DNA of 62,488 nucleotides, filler included, from Basidiobolus ranarum (GCA_040143965.1; 9 parts of 9 records of this genome joined end to end with filler, not necessarily neighbours in it), one strand, 5' to 3'; positions 24,391 to 37,299 are shown, counted from the whole stretch's first letter. Notes: generated by a model from the sequence alone, not told the origin. Numbers and translations: made by a program.

Positions 24391-24720
24391 TGACACTAAC
24401 AGTGCTAAAGTTGTCCCTTACTACTGAGAAGTATACATCATTTGTATTTGCGATAGTAATGAGCACGTGATAAGCAATGACGTGCGTTGCTTATTTATCA
24501 TGAATATGCTAAATGGATTTAGTCACATTCTGTGAGAAATATGGAGCTTTGGCAGTTGGATCAACCATATATCAGGTCTGCAAAAAAATCGAGTTCATAA
24601 TAATAATTCTATAATTTATGGAGATTTAAATAAATTTCTATGCCAATGAATGATTAAATGCGTGATTAAACACTAGACTAATGGAGGGGTAAGATTACTT
24701 TAAATATTGTGATTGATTCG

Positions 24721-25560
24721 CTACACAGCCGAGACTGCTAGAGCTTGGATTTCTTTATATGCAGTTTGAGATGATTCACTTGTCTTTGGAAGATTTTTGT
24801 ATCGATGAGCCTCACAATGCTGACAGTTTTCATGCTCACGACAACATAGTTTACAGGATTGAAATGAACATTTTATGGATGCGCAATTATTACAGTGACT
24901 ACAAAGACCCTCTTTAACCTTTCTTGGTTTTCGAGGCTTTTTAGGAGATGCAGTATTTTCCTCGTCACCTGTGACCGTCTTTTCAGCATTAGCAGGCATG
25001 GGTGGTCGGAAGTATGGTTGGCATAGCCAATGCGAAAGGATACGCATGCCATTCTCATCAGTAGTAACCTCATCTGAAGTACTCTTCGCACTTTCCTCCA
25101 AACGTTGTCTCAGGACACGAACAACCGCCTCAAATTGATCGATAGTCTTGGCCATTCCTAATTGCTTGCGTAAGTCGGTATGCATATGGAGACAAGGACG
25201 GAAGATTTTAAACAAATGGGGGCGAATCATGTGCAATGATGTAGGAATATTTTTACAAATATTAAGATATTCTTGAGCAATTTCCCAAACTGGCGGGAAC
25301 TGTCCAGAGAATATCGCAGGGTTGTACAAATTCCCTTCAGCAGACATAACACCCTCAGCTCCAGTAAATTTTAGGCATTTTTCTACATCTTTATGGTAGA
25401 GAATATTTCCATTGGCGAAAATGGGAACTGATACAGCCTTCCGAACGCGTTTTATCTACTCCCAATCAGCCAACCCAGTATTATGGCCTCTTTGTTCACG
25501 AAATCGCCCGTGTACGTTTAAAAGCTGCGCGCCAGCATCCACTAACATCTTGGCATATTG
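24721..25560 (-). pseudogene. DUS1: tRNA-dihydrouridine synthase 1, 5'-truncated and with a premature stop
   Basis: [76 protein letters not shown] plus Cys-rich C-terminus. TAG at 25456-25458; the N-terminal half with the catalytic GCP motif is absent upstream. Confidence 0.85.
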
Positions 25561-25909
25561 GTTTAAAATTTCTATTCTAGAATCATGAAAACCTCCCCAA
25601 GAGTAGTCGGTTTGAACCAATTGCTATTGCTATGAAAGCAGACTCCTATAATGGTTTAGTAACTGTTCGATTATTACCAAATTTAATCTCCTTGCTCAGT
25701 AATCTTGGCACTCTACTGTATATCTTTGATGTAATCATGAGTTGTTAGCATTCATTCTCGTGCCTAAGCCACCAATCTTGCACTTACTATGAGATAAGTG
25801 AGCAAAATAATTGTAGACAAATTGTGTGATTCATTGCTGTAACTGATCAGTTTTTTTTGAAAGTATCCGTAAACCAAAAAGAGGTCAATTCGCTTTTTCT
25901 CTTCTCTTT

Positions 25910-27340
25910 ATGGAACCACCTCTAAAGGTTATAGCAGTCAAAAGCTCAATCGCTGGTATTGAGTGGAAGCCACAATATGTTCCATAACTCATGTCACTTG
26001 TAGCAAACGTTCATACCTTTGTGTCACATACGTTTTCCTTTTTGAAGTACATCTTTACTTATGAACTGGAACATGACTCTACGTTTCTTTTGGAGGATTT
26101 CATTAATGTTGGCTTTTTTAAAGAAGTTTTTTTTGTCACTCCTCAATAACTACAAGCCAGACAAACAGAAAGCTTCGATAGAATCAAGAGCCTACAAAGA
26201 TCTAATACTCAAGTATCGGGATAAGTACTTTCAGTGCTGTTCTTACGAATCAGTCAACTTGTAGTATGCTCATCAGATAGCTTCTTATGAAGTGGCAAAA
26301 ACTGTTACTACTTATCTGACTGGGGTCAACCTTCAATTCAGAAACATAATGTTTCTTAACTTGCTCTTGAAGAAGAACAGGGAAAGCGAGAAAGAGATTA
26401 GGGCAGCCATAAAGACAGTAACAGAGCATATAAAGAAGGTCAAGCTTGCTATTTCGTCAAGGAATATTGAAGATATACCTAAAGAATTTCTCTCCTCAAA
26501 CGATTTGGATATGATCCATAGTCTTTTTGGCTCGTATTCGACAGATTATCAATTTGCAAAAGACTCAATCTATTACGACTGCAAAAGCAACCCTCTCAAG
26601 CATATAAAGGCGTACGCCAGACTGTCAAGCATGTGCAAATCTCTCCAAAACAAGCTATTCAACTGCTTTCTGTTAGGAAGGGGCTTTATACCATCCTACA
26701 TGACAATCGATACGTATATTTTGAATACTCAGATTTTAAAGAATTCTATCACCAGCCACTTGGACAAAGAAGCAGTATGGGGAACCGTTATTGACCTCAC
26801 ATCAAATGCAATGAAACCACAAGGAAAAAGCAAGTGAATGAAGTTTAGAGTTATGATGTACACAGATGGTGTAGGTGTGTTGGTGTTAAAGCAAAACCAC
26901 AAATACCATATAAATACTTGGTAACTGGTCGGTTGGAAATGAAAAGTATCGTGAGCCCAATAGAGGCGTCGGACTGAGAAAAATACTAGCCAAAGAAAGC
27001 TTCCAGCCATACCTCCTTGACGAGTTTGAAACTTCAAGTCTGTGCCCTACTTGCCAGAACGGTGAACTGGAAAAGTATAAAAAAGTCCAAAATCCTAGAC
27101 CATACAAAAGAGAAAAGTATCCTATTGTATATCGTCACGTCCTTTTAAGGTAAACGCTTTTTACAAGCAAGTAAATAAATTCCAAATTCCAACCTAATTT
27201 CTGCTCAGGTGCAAAAACCAACAGTGTTTAAAGGTCGTGACCAATACTACTGAGGCAACTACTGAAGTTTCTCACCATCGTCTTTGGAATCGTGACCTGA
27301 CTGTTACTTTAAACATATCCTTTTTAACTTGCGTAATATA
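25910..27340 (+). pseudogene. Fanzor1 (eukaryotic TnpB/OMEGA-type RuvC nuclease), degenerate and internally deleted
   Basis: MEPPLKVIAVKSSIAGIEWKP..HTFSFLKYIF..; SIYYDCKSNPLKH..FIPSYMTIDT; MYTDGVGV; ILGNWS..KYREP..GVGLRKIL..LLDEFETSSLCPTC (RuvC-II + Zn finger); intron; CKNQQC..RLWNRD (RuvC-III). Stops, frameshifts and loss of the RuvC-I region near 26900. Confidence 0.85.
27150..27208 (+). other. Spliceosomal intron within the Fanzor zinc finger
   Basis: GTAAAC..CCTAAT..CTCAG, 59 nt; removal joins HVLL-R-CKNQQC in frame. Confidence 0.8.
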
Positions 27341-27448
27341 GTGGTAGATGTAGTTTACTGAAACAAAACTCCTTATTCAGATACAAAGAGTGTGGGTAAT
27401 AAGTTATTCGGATTATCTTTTTTCTATAAAGTGGTTTTGATGTAATGG

Positions 27449-27762
27449 TCATAGAATATATAGAAATACAAGTGTAAGCAAGGTGGGAATCCCACCTGGG
27501 GAAATTCTCACACTAAAGCTTATCAAATTATTATTTCCCGGAGGTGATGATTTGGATGGTTTGTTATCGCCCAGGGATTTCAAGTTCATGCTTGGTTCAT
27601 CTAAGGTCTCAGGTTCACTCAGCTCACCTTCAACAAATGGTAACCCTCGTATCTCAAATATACGGGAATAGCTGTAGTCATGTTGTCTTGTACCAATACG
27701 AAGGTAGTAATTCTTGTTGGTCCTTAAATTGGTCGGTACTAACCAAATAAACTGATTATCGT
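27449..27762 (-). CDS. C-terminal part of a GPI-anchored cell-surface protein (Kre9/Knh1-like Ig domain family)
   Basis: DNQFIWLVPTNLRTNKNYYLRIG..DYSYSRIFEI, Ser/Pro linker, hydrophobic tail IPTLLTLVFLYIL*. 5' part lost at contig break. Confidence 0.7.
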
Positions 27763-27862
27763 NNNNNNNNNNNNNNNNNNNNNNNNNNNNNNNNNNNNNN
27801 NNNNNNTTAATTAATTAANNNNNNNNNNNNNNNNNNNNNNNNNNNNNNNNNNNNNNNNNNNN

Positions 27863-28931
27863 ATACGCAATATTAAGTTCTCAAATATTAAATTCATAAA
27901 TAAAATGAAATCCCGAAACAAAAACAAATCAAAAGTTATGATCCCGGAGGCTCTCTTCCCGTGAGATAGCTGAGAACTAAATCTCCTTAATTTCTCAATC
28001 AAAAGCCTAGTACCAACACATTCCATTCTAAATTGCTTTGCTCTGGATTTAAAGGCAATTATAAGGTTCCCAAACTTGTTTAGGTGGCTTCCATATGGTG
28101 TTATGACTGAGTCATCTTCATTTAGGGGTGCTCCAACAGATGGGAGCTCATCTGTCTTAGTTTTAATCCAATTCTTATGATTAAGCATAGAATCATCCAA
28201 ATTGAGAATAATTTTTGCCTAAGATATGGCCTATCAGCCAGTCTGTCAGTCTCAAATAGTCACTTGAGTGTTTCCCAAGCTATTTTGATACTTTTTGGCT
28301 GATTGTATGTGCCTTTATTGAGAGTCCTCAAGTTGTGGACAAAGTGTGCAGTGTACTTTCAGCTGCTTCTTCTTAGAGGCAAGGATAGCTTCTGGTGAAG
28401 CCTTTGGCTTGGTTTTTGTTTCCCATATCAAATCCTCAAAGGCATTGCCTTATAGCACAATTGAATCTTGGACTTCTAAAGGCAAAAGTCTTCACCTACA
28501 AACATTCTCAGCAGATCCAAAAATGTTGGTTATAGTACTTGTAGGCATTCTTTTAACAGCTTGCTTAGGGCTCATGATGTGATAAAAGGGTTTGGGGAAT
28601 TTAGAAGTGTTGTGGACAAAATTGGAATGTGTGACTTAGCCACTTAAGTTTTATTGAAATGAATATGTCCTATTTATAGTTTCCTATGAGATAGTATAAA
28701 TAGCCATACCTAGAGCATGACAAACATACCTGTTGAGCAAATATGAAAATTTGAGATGATTTTGAGAAGTTTTGAGAAAATAGTGAAAATGTTTCATAGT
28801 ATTCTAATTGATATTTCTATAAATAAGAGCAATTAACATACATTTTGGAATGAAAAAATTAAGTGATAAATAATAAGAATGTGAATAAACTACCCACCAA
28901 ATAATGAGTTGCTATTTGTTTAATTTCAACA
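27863..28931 (-). mobile_element. Ty1/Copia retrotransposon fragment (family 1): LTR 28580-28931 plus degenerate gag
   Basis: 352-bp LTR bounded by TGTTGAAA..TTATCA on the minus strand, degenerate PBS, gag remnant homologous to 29570-30266 and 56697-57293. Confidence 0.9.
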
Positions 28932-29035
28932 TGTATGTGCAGCAGTTTGACTTAGATATCACTTATTGCCCTCAACAATCAATATTGTACCAGATTCTTG
29001 GCCTCAAATTGATGAGTCCAAGGAAATCACTATCA

Positions 29036-32000
29036 TGTTGAAATTAGTTAAATAGCAGCTCATTATTTAGTAGTTACTCTATTCATATTCTTATTATTTA
29101 TTACTCAAATCTGTCAATCCAAAATGTATGTTTATTGCTCTTGTTGCTACATATATCAACTTGATTACTGTTAACAATTTTCTCTATTTTCTCAAAACTT
29201 CTCAAAATCACCTCAAATTTTCACCCATACTTAAATTGCAACTCATATTTAGTAGTTAGTTTATTCATATTCTGAATATTTAGCACTCAATTCTGCCATT
29301 CAAAAAACATATGTTTATTGCTCTAATTGATGTAAATATCAGCTGGATCACTTTGACCAATTTTCACTTTTTTCACTAAACTTATCCAATTTGCCTCAAA
29401 TTTACGCCCATACTTATCAGGCATGTTTCTCATGATCTAAGCACATCCAATAGTCCTATTTATTAGTAAACTACAAAAAGGACATACATAAGTCAATAAA
29501 ACAAAATTGGCCAAGTCACACATCATAATCCTGTCCACAACACTTGCAAATCCCCAAACCCTTTTATCATGTCAGGAACCCTAAGCTAGCTGTCAAAAGA
29601 ATGTCTACCAGTACTACAAAAACTTTTGTATTGACAGAGCAGTTTGATGGTGAAGACTTTCACCTTTAGAAGCTCAAGATGCACATTGTGCTAGATGACA
29701 AAGATCTTTGGAGACTTGTTACAGGAGAAGAAATAGAGCCAAAGGGACCACCACAAGCTATCCAGGCCTTTAACAAGAAGCAGAGCAAAGCACTCTCTAC
29801 CCTTTGTCTACATCTCAGATACTCTAAATTGAGGCACACACAATCAGTCATCAATATCCAAATTGCTTGGAAGACACTTAAGGAACTATATGAGACTAAA
29901 TGTCTGGTTAATAGGATATATCTTAGGCAAAAATTACTATGAATTCAGATGAATTCTAATCATTTTATACTTCAGCATATAAATTGGATAAAAACTAGGG
30001 CAGATCTGCTCTCATCCATTGGAGCATCTCTAAAAAAAGATGACTTATTCATGACACTACTTGCCAGCCTGCCAGAGAAGTTTGGGAACCTCATAATTGC
30101 CCCTACATCAAGATCAGAGCGATTAACAATGGAACATGTAGGTGCTAAGCTTTTGGTTGAGAAATTAAGGAGATTTAATTCTCAGCAAAATAATGCTGAT
30201 CAGGAATATTATGGAGCTGTAAAAAGTTTAGCAGGCTTCAACAATGGTTCTCTAATAGGAAAGTAAACATCTGTAAGTACTGCAAGAAACCAGGACATTT
30301 AATGAAAAATTGCATAAAAAGGATTTTTGGCAAAAAGCTACAATTGGAACAAGCAGGTCAAGTTAGCACTGACAGGGAGCATCCATTTATGTCTGCTCTA
30401 TTGGTAACCACTAAAGAAGACTCAGAAACATGGTACATTTTTTAAGGAGCTTCCCAACTTATGTCAAGCAAAAAGATTGGTTTTCCAGTTAAAGACCCTT
30501 CCAAAAAATGAAAGTCTACTTATGTGATGACTATGAACAAGGTGCAGTTGGTAAGTGCACAGTTGTACTCAATTTAGGCCAATATTCAGCTAAACCCTCT
30601 GCAAAATTTCATGACGTACTCTATGCACCAAATATAGCCAGGAATCTACTCTCAGTAAGCTAAGAAACATCTCAAAGACTAAATTTTGTGTTCAGCAAGG
30701 TTGAATGCACTATTGCAGATCAGCATAATACCAAATTAGCAACTGGGATCAAAACACTAAACTTATACAAGCTAGAGTCAACAAATTGCATTCTGAGCAT
30801 GCAAACTTGGCCAAAACCAAAATAAGCAGTTAAACATAGCATAGAAGATAAGCCATATTGAGAAACAAATATTGACCCCAATAATTTAAAATCAGCTTGT
30901 TTATGGCTTAGAAATTGCAATTATCAATAAATTGGATATGTATGAACGTTGCATACATGGAAAACCTCACAGACAGCCATTATCATGCTCTGGGGAGATA
31001 TGCAAAGATGTGATTGTTGATGAAAAAGCAAATTTTTCAACACAAATTACAATTCTTGACCCAGAAAACACAATTGACACTATTCAGGAAGTGAGTTTTC
31101 TTCACTGCAAGACAATAAAACATGTGTTTCATGTCTTCTATCATCAGTGAGAAAGCCAACAGGCTGTGAATGGGTCCATAGAGTCACAATACAAGCTGAT
31201 GGAATCAAAGAAAGGCACAAAGTAAGATTAGTTGCAAAAGGTTATTCCCAGACTACAGGAACTGATTTTGATAAAACCTGGACTCCAGTTGCCAAGTTTA
31301 GCTCCATCCAAGCAATCTTGGCACTGTCAACTTTCTATAATCTAAAATTACATCAAAGGGATGCAAAAACAGCCTTTCTGATTAGAAATATAGAAGAAGG
31401 GATCTATATGGAGCAACCAGATGGATTTACTGACCTAAACACCCTGATGTGGTCTGTCAACTGCAAATACTGCTAAGCAAGCACTGCAAAAGTTGCTATA
31501 TAGCCTCAAGCCAGCACCCAGAGCATGGTAAAACAAGATAGATACCCATTTGGAATCACTGGAATTCCAAGATTGCACAGCAGATCACTGTTTTTGAATC
31601 AAAACAACTGGGAATAGGATCCTTATCCTGGGTCTAAATAAGGATGACCTGATCGTAGCTACAAATGATCAAGAAGCACTTAATTGGAAAAAGAGTAGCT
31701 TATCAAACCAAGTTTTGATGACTGATATGTGCAAATTTAGTTATTTTCTTAGAATTGAAATTAGGAGAGACAAACCCAATCAGAAAATCATGCTGAATCA
31801 GTCTAGATTATTCCTAGACATCCTAAAACACTTCATCATGGAGAAGAGCAAGCCTATGTCAATACCAATGGATCCTCATGTGAAATTAATCAAAATTACA
31901 TCCAATTTTGATACATGATTCAAATTAAGGCCAGGAGTGCCCTTAGCATTCCATGGTGGGTAGTTAAATGTATACAGTGGTAGGAACATGTCCAGACATT

Positions 32001-32645
32001 GTGGTGGCAGTGGGAACTGTCAGCCAATAACTCAAAAATCTAGGATCTGAGCACCAAACTGCAGTAAAAAAATAATCAGGTATTTGAGAGGAGCTGCAGA
32101 TTGAGTTCTGAGATACTCTGCTACTCCTGATGCACAAAAATTTGAAGGCTAAAGTGATGCAGACTGGGGAATAAGCCTTAATGATAGAAGATCACCAACA
32201 GGATACACAGTTCTCTACAGTAATGGAGCTAACATTTGGAATAGTAAGAAGCAACCAACCAGAGCACTTTCAACTACTAAAGCAGAGGACATGGGTGCCT
32301 CTGCTACTACACAAGTAGCTATGTTGTAATGGAAGTCATTTGCAGACTTAGGATACAAGCAGAAACATGCTATTGCTGTGTTTGAAGATAAGCTAAGTTG
32401 CAGTTTGTAAGCTAAAAACCTCACATTTCATGCCAATTCAAAACTTATAGTTATAAGGCATCAATTTGATAGAGAAGCAATAGAGAGCAATATAATTAAA
32501 CTTGTCTGTTGCACCACTGAAGAAATGATTGCTGACATTGTAACCAAACTTTAGTAAAAGCACAATTTTAATTATAGAGATTCAAGTTAAACTTAAGAGA
32601 AATACAAAAGATTCAGGAGAGTGGGAATGTTGAAATTAAGTAAAA
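29036..32645 (+). mobile_element. Degenerate Ty1/Copia element (family 1): 5' LTR with internal duplication, gag, protease, RT, RNase H, PPT, truncated 3' LTR
   Basis: LTR 29036-29569; gag (LDDKDLW), zinc knuckle CKYCKKPGH, RT (KVRLVAKGYSQ, DAKTAFL..IEEGIYMEQPDGF), RNase H (DADWG, EMIADI); purine tract GGAGAGTGGGAA before TGTTGAAA at 32628. Integrase core deleted; many stops. Confidence 0.93.
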
Positions 32646-32932
32646 AGCTTTTGATTTCAAAGGGTGGGGGATGCCCTCTATACTAATGACTTTATCTTTT
32701 TGTCTTATTACTTTTGGTTGGCATTGATGTGTTGGGAGAGGGTTGATGAATTGTGTTATACAAATGGTAGTGTAGTGGGGAACTGGATTGTGGATCGAAC
32801 TAATTATTTCAATGGACACAGAATGCTCTGTACACACTGAGCTTACTCAGTTAGATGAGCAGCTGAATCATCATCTGGCTACTAATTAGAAAACTTTAAA
32901 CATATTGCAGCTGAAACTTAAAATGAAGACTC

Positions 32933-33180
32933 TGATAAAAGTGTTTAGGGGATTTGCAAGTGGTTTGGGAAAGATTTGGATTTGTAAATCAGACACTTAA
33001 GTTTTGTCGAATTGAATATGTGTTGAGAAAATAGTGAGAATTGGAAATGTAATCTAATTGATATTTATATCAATTGGAGCAATAAGCACACATTTTTGAA
33101 TAGTAGAGCTGAGTGCTAAGTAATCAGAATATGAATATACCAACTACTAATAATCAGTTGCTAATTACCTAATTTCAACA
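32933..33180 (-). mobile_element. Solo LTR (family 1, internally deleted) with perfect TSD
   Basis: TG..CA ends; GACTC at 32928-32932 and 33181-33185. Confidence 0.9.
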
Positions 33181-34230
33181 GACTCTTCATTGAAGAAACA
33201 TATGATCTCATCACAACAAATGTTCCACTGATAAAGATCCTGATCTAGTTGACTACTTACTAATAATCAAACTGGATGGTAGGCTAATACTATTGGTAAG
33301 CAGTGGAAAGCAATTATATAAGTTCAATTGAAACTGAGCATATTCCAACAATTTCCCAATGAGAAAATCAATATGCTCGACATTAACTGAACAAAAATTG
33401 TCTTTATTATCTCAACATATATATTAGGAACCTCTGGCTAATCTGGAGAGCTAATGAAACAATGCAATAGGTCAAGTACAATAAAAATGAAGTGTGTACT
33501 CATGAAGCATTTTATGACCAGCAATATACTCTAAATTCCACTTGGCCAGGTCAAGAGCTGATATGATGTATAAAAGCAATGGGAAATGAGTTTTCATCAC
33601 TCACTGACATCTAACATATGTCAGAGTTCCTCAAACAATGGCACAAAACTAACTTAATTCACATTGGCTTAAGAAGTCACAACTCAGTTGATGAGTTCTA
33701 ACTGATTGAGTCAGTTAGAGACAATGGATAGCTGATATTCATTTTGTTAATAGAACGCCACTCTGATGTCATAACTAATCTAAACTCTGCTGCCAGAACT
33801 GTTGGTATATGTAGCAGATATCAAGGATTAACAACCACATAGTTGAGGAGTAAGTATTTATGTATTTGAGAGATATTGTAGATCTACTTGTTGGGTATTC
33901 TTTTACTTGGAGGGCCTAAAATAAGAAGGCTCAAGTGTTGCAGAGGAAGCAAGAGATTTTGATAATAGAAGTTTAACAGCTTGTGATTTCATTTTGTATT
34001 ACATTAAACAGAACCTCAAACAGTAAGATACAAACAGCCTAAGCACTGTCCACTCCAGAAACTAAGTGTCAGGCTACCTCTACTACCCACTCATTAGCTA
34101 TATGTTCATTGAAGTCACTTACCTATATTAGATGCAGATAAAAGCATACTGCTACTTTGTATGAAAAATTCAGGCCAAATTTTTTTATCTAAATTGTTAC
34201 ATTAAATGAATAAATATAACATGTTGATAT

Positions 34231-34717
34231 TGTTGAAATCAACTCTTTATTTGGTAAATAGTTTATTCTTATTCTGAGTATAAAGCACTCAATTCTGCCA
34301 TTTAAAAATGTCTGTTCATTGGTCTTTTCAATAGAAATATCAAACAGATCACTTATAACAATTTTCACTATTTTCTCAAACTTCTCCAAATCACCTCAAA
34401 TTTTCACCCATGCTTAACAGGCATCTTTGCTATGCTCTAAGCATGTCCAACTCTCCCATTTTATAGTAAATCACAAATAAGCCCAATTCAATTCAATAAA
34501 ACATAAGTGTCTAAATCTCAAATCCAAATCTTGTACAAATCACTCCTACTCCCCTGAGCACTTCTATCAGTAGAAACACCCATAGATTATAATGTAAATG
34601 TGAACAAATGTGCCCCTAATTTTGCCTCAAAATGACTCAAATCAGAGCCAGGGTTTTCTTATCAATCCATTGTGGGTAGTTTGATGTATACAATGTTTGG
34701 AACACATCTAGAAGTTA
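34231..34717 (+). mobile_element. Family-1 LTR (34231-34569) followed by a Copia RT fragment
   Basis: TGTTGAAATC..CTTCTATCA is homologous to the other family-1 LTRs; downstream YQSIVGSLMYTMFGT. Confidence 0.8.
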
Positions 34718-37299
34718 NNNNNNNNNNNNNNNNNNNNNNNNNNNNNNNNNNNNNNNNNNNNTTAATTAATTAANNNNNNNNNNNNNNNNNNNNNNNNNNN
34801 NNNNNNNNNNNNNNNNNGTAACCAGAGGTCTACTCCGAGGATCGGTCGCCGGATTATGTCATAACTGAAACTGAATCAAGACAAACGTCGATTGGGTAAA
34901 GCTTGGGATGATCTCCATAAGTTGAAAATGAAATCATAAATGCTCTGCTTCTGGGAAGTGATGCAAAATTTAAATCATACAGCCATCTTCTTGGAGAGCG
35001 ATGAGGGCTGAGCTAGTGTTGGTGGGGATAAAATGAATCAATGGGCAAAAGTATATATAAAAATGCTTGTGTGAGAGATGGTTCATCTACTAACTTCGTC
35101 GCAACCAAAAATTCGCTTGGAACTAGTAAATTTCTTCCAAAGCAATCGCAGTGTGGCCACGAATCGAATTATTGGTTTCTACTTAGACTTGGATATTGAT
35201 GCCAATGATACAAGAGTAAACCTAATTCTCCATGCATTATGGCTTCTATGGAAAACCGGATTTAAATTGATTGCAGACATCCCTGGTAATTCACTAATCG
35301 ATAAGCAGCCAGCAATGTCCCTTATCTACAGTATCAAGTCGATAGTCTTGCTCTATAAGTCAACATAATATACCCAATCCTAACACCAAGTGAATGGCTA
35401 AAAGAATGGTGTTTCCTTCTTATAATTTCTTACTGATACTTTCACATCAATTTTATTCCTATCTTCAAATGATGAAACTTCAAGTATGCCCTCCATTTCA
35501 AATGGGTCTTTTAAAAAATCAATTGCCTCATTCATTATTTCTAATTCTTAAGCTACAAATGCTTCTGTAGTGCATACGTGGTATTTAATCGGGCTTCTCT
35601 TTAGCATTGCAATTACTGGTAAAAACAGAGTTCAACATGGTATCATGTCGGTACAGTTGTGCCAGCATAACTTCAACCATAAGCTTTGACTACTATCCTA
35701 CTATCAGTACAAAGCAACTTTGATTGTTGATCACTCATTGCTTCATATATAGTGGGCAATATCCTGATCTCACTAGTATCTCCTATATATCATCCTACAG
35801 ATGTATTTCCATTACCAGTTAGGCTACTTATGATAATCAGGCAGTAGATTTAAAAGATACTTTGTCATTCTGTTGCGAGATGAAGTGTTCGACTCTCGTT
35901 GTAATGAATGAATAACCCTGCTTCTAATTAACACTTGAAACTCAATACATATGATCATACCACTACTCTACATCAGTGCTTTTAACAGCAAGTGGCCAAT
36001 AAACCTATGCCATGGATATGGCTGTGCAAAGAGATGCGATGCTCCGGATCTTGATCAAGGTAATGTAGACTAAACATCCCTGACCCAAAAGATATCGGGT
36101 TCATATGCAGACCTGAAAGTGACCAATATCTGAGGGTTAGAGTTTGAATGAACCAAAATTTTCAGCTACAATCAACTGACAGGTGAAAATCCATCCTCAG
36201 TGATCGACCTCAACAACGTTTTGCCACACTTGGGTATTCTTGTCTACATGCATAACTTGTGCTCAGTCACATGAGTAAGGATTGTTTGTTCATTTCTATC
36301 CATCATCCAACCACCACTATTACCAAGTTTACTGAAAGCATTACCCTTATTTCGTATGTAGTTGAAAGTGATCCAGCTCATTTCACAAATTAATAGTCTA
36401 CATGTCCAATATTTGCATCTTTCCAATCAATAACGTACCGTATTAGAGAATTCATTCTTGAACGAATCAAATCTTCTAAAGAGCGAAGGTCATGAGTACT
36501 GTCTACAATCTGATAATTCATAAGTAGATCCGATTGGTCCGTGGTTGAGGATCATATAGCACAAAGTTCACTCATTTACAAGTTTAATTGTGGGATTCAC
36601 TATTCCATAGAATTAGAAATCAATATGAAAATGGTAATAGTAGCGGTAACAGTGGTATAATGAGGATGGATCATAAATCCAATAATTGATTCTCGACAGC
36701 CGCAAAGCAGGAGGATCAACATATTGACTATATTGGATACTTGCCTGTTTTTACACTAATATAATACTGGTCCTGCACCTGACACTATGACTTTAGACAG
36801 AATTGGAAATCATTAGCACACCAACCAATGGGGTGTTGCTGGAAGGTTCAAATATGGTTATCATCTAGACTATTTGGTAGATACCCTTTTCACCATTGCG
36901 CCATGCCTAATCAGCAGCAAAATGGTGAGCCTACTCGAGATTGTAGGATCAGTAGTAAAATTCGAAACATCAAACTGAACGGGTTTCTAGTTGTTCCTCA
37001 AGTGAGTTCTCTCAGTTATCCTGGGAACGATTGATTTGTTCCCTCAGGGCTAAATCATTTCAAGTGTGAGAATTTCCCCTAATATTACACGGAAGAGCAA
37101 AAAATTTATTTACCATCTTCGGATGTTGATGTACAGCTCACAAATGAAATCTCTCATAGGAAAACGATTTACAGATTCGGCTCTTGTCACGTATTACAGA
37201 TTAATTATAGGAAACAAGGACCTATCCGCTCATTCTCTACCTAGTGCCATACATAATTTAGAAATTAAATGATTCAAGTGCACGGGGAAATGGTCTATC

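Noticed and set aside
27341-27448. Fanzor omegaRNA
   Set aside because: No convincing stem-loops or element end are visible, and the space is short and shared with the convergent gene's 3' end; alignment of paralogues would be needed.
34900-36500. Short ORFs and possible pseudogene downstream of CCC2
   Set aside because: No recognisable motifs; stops in all frames.
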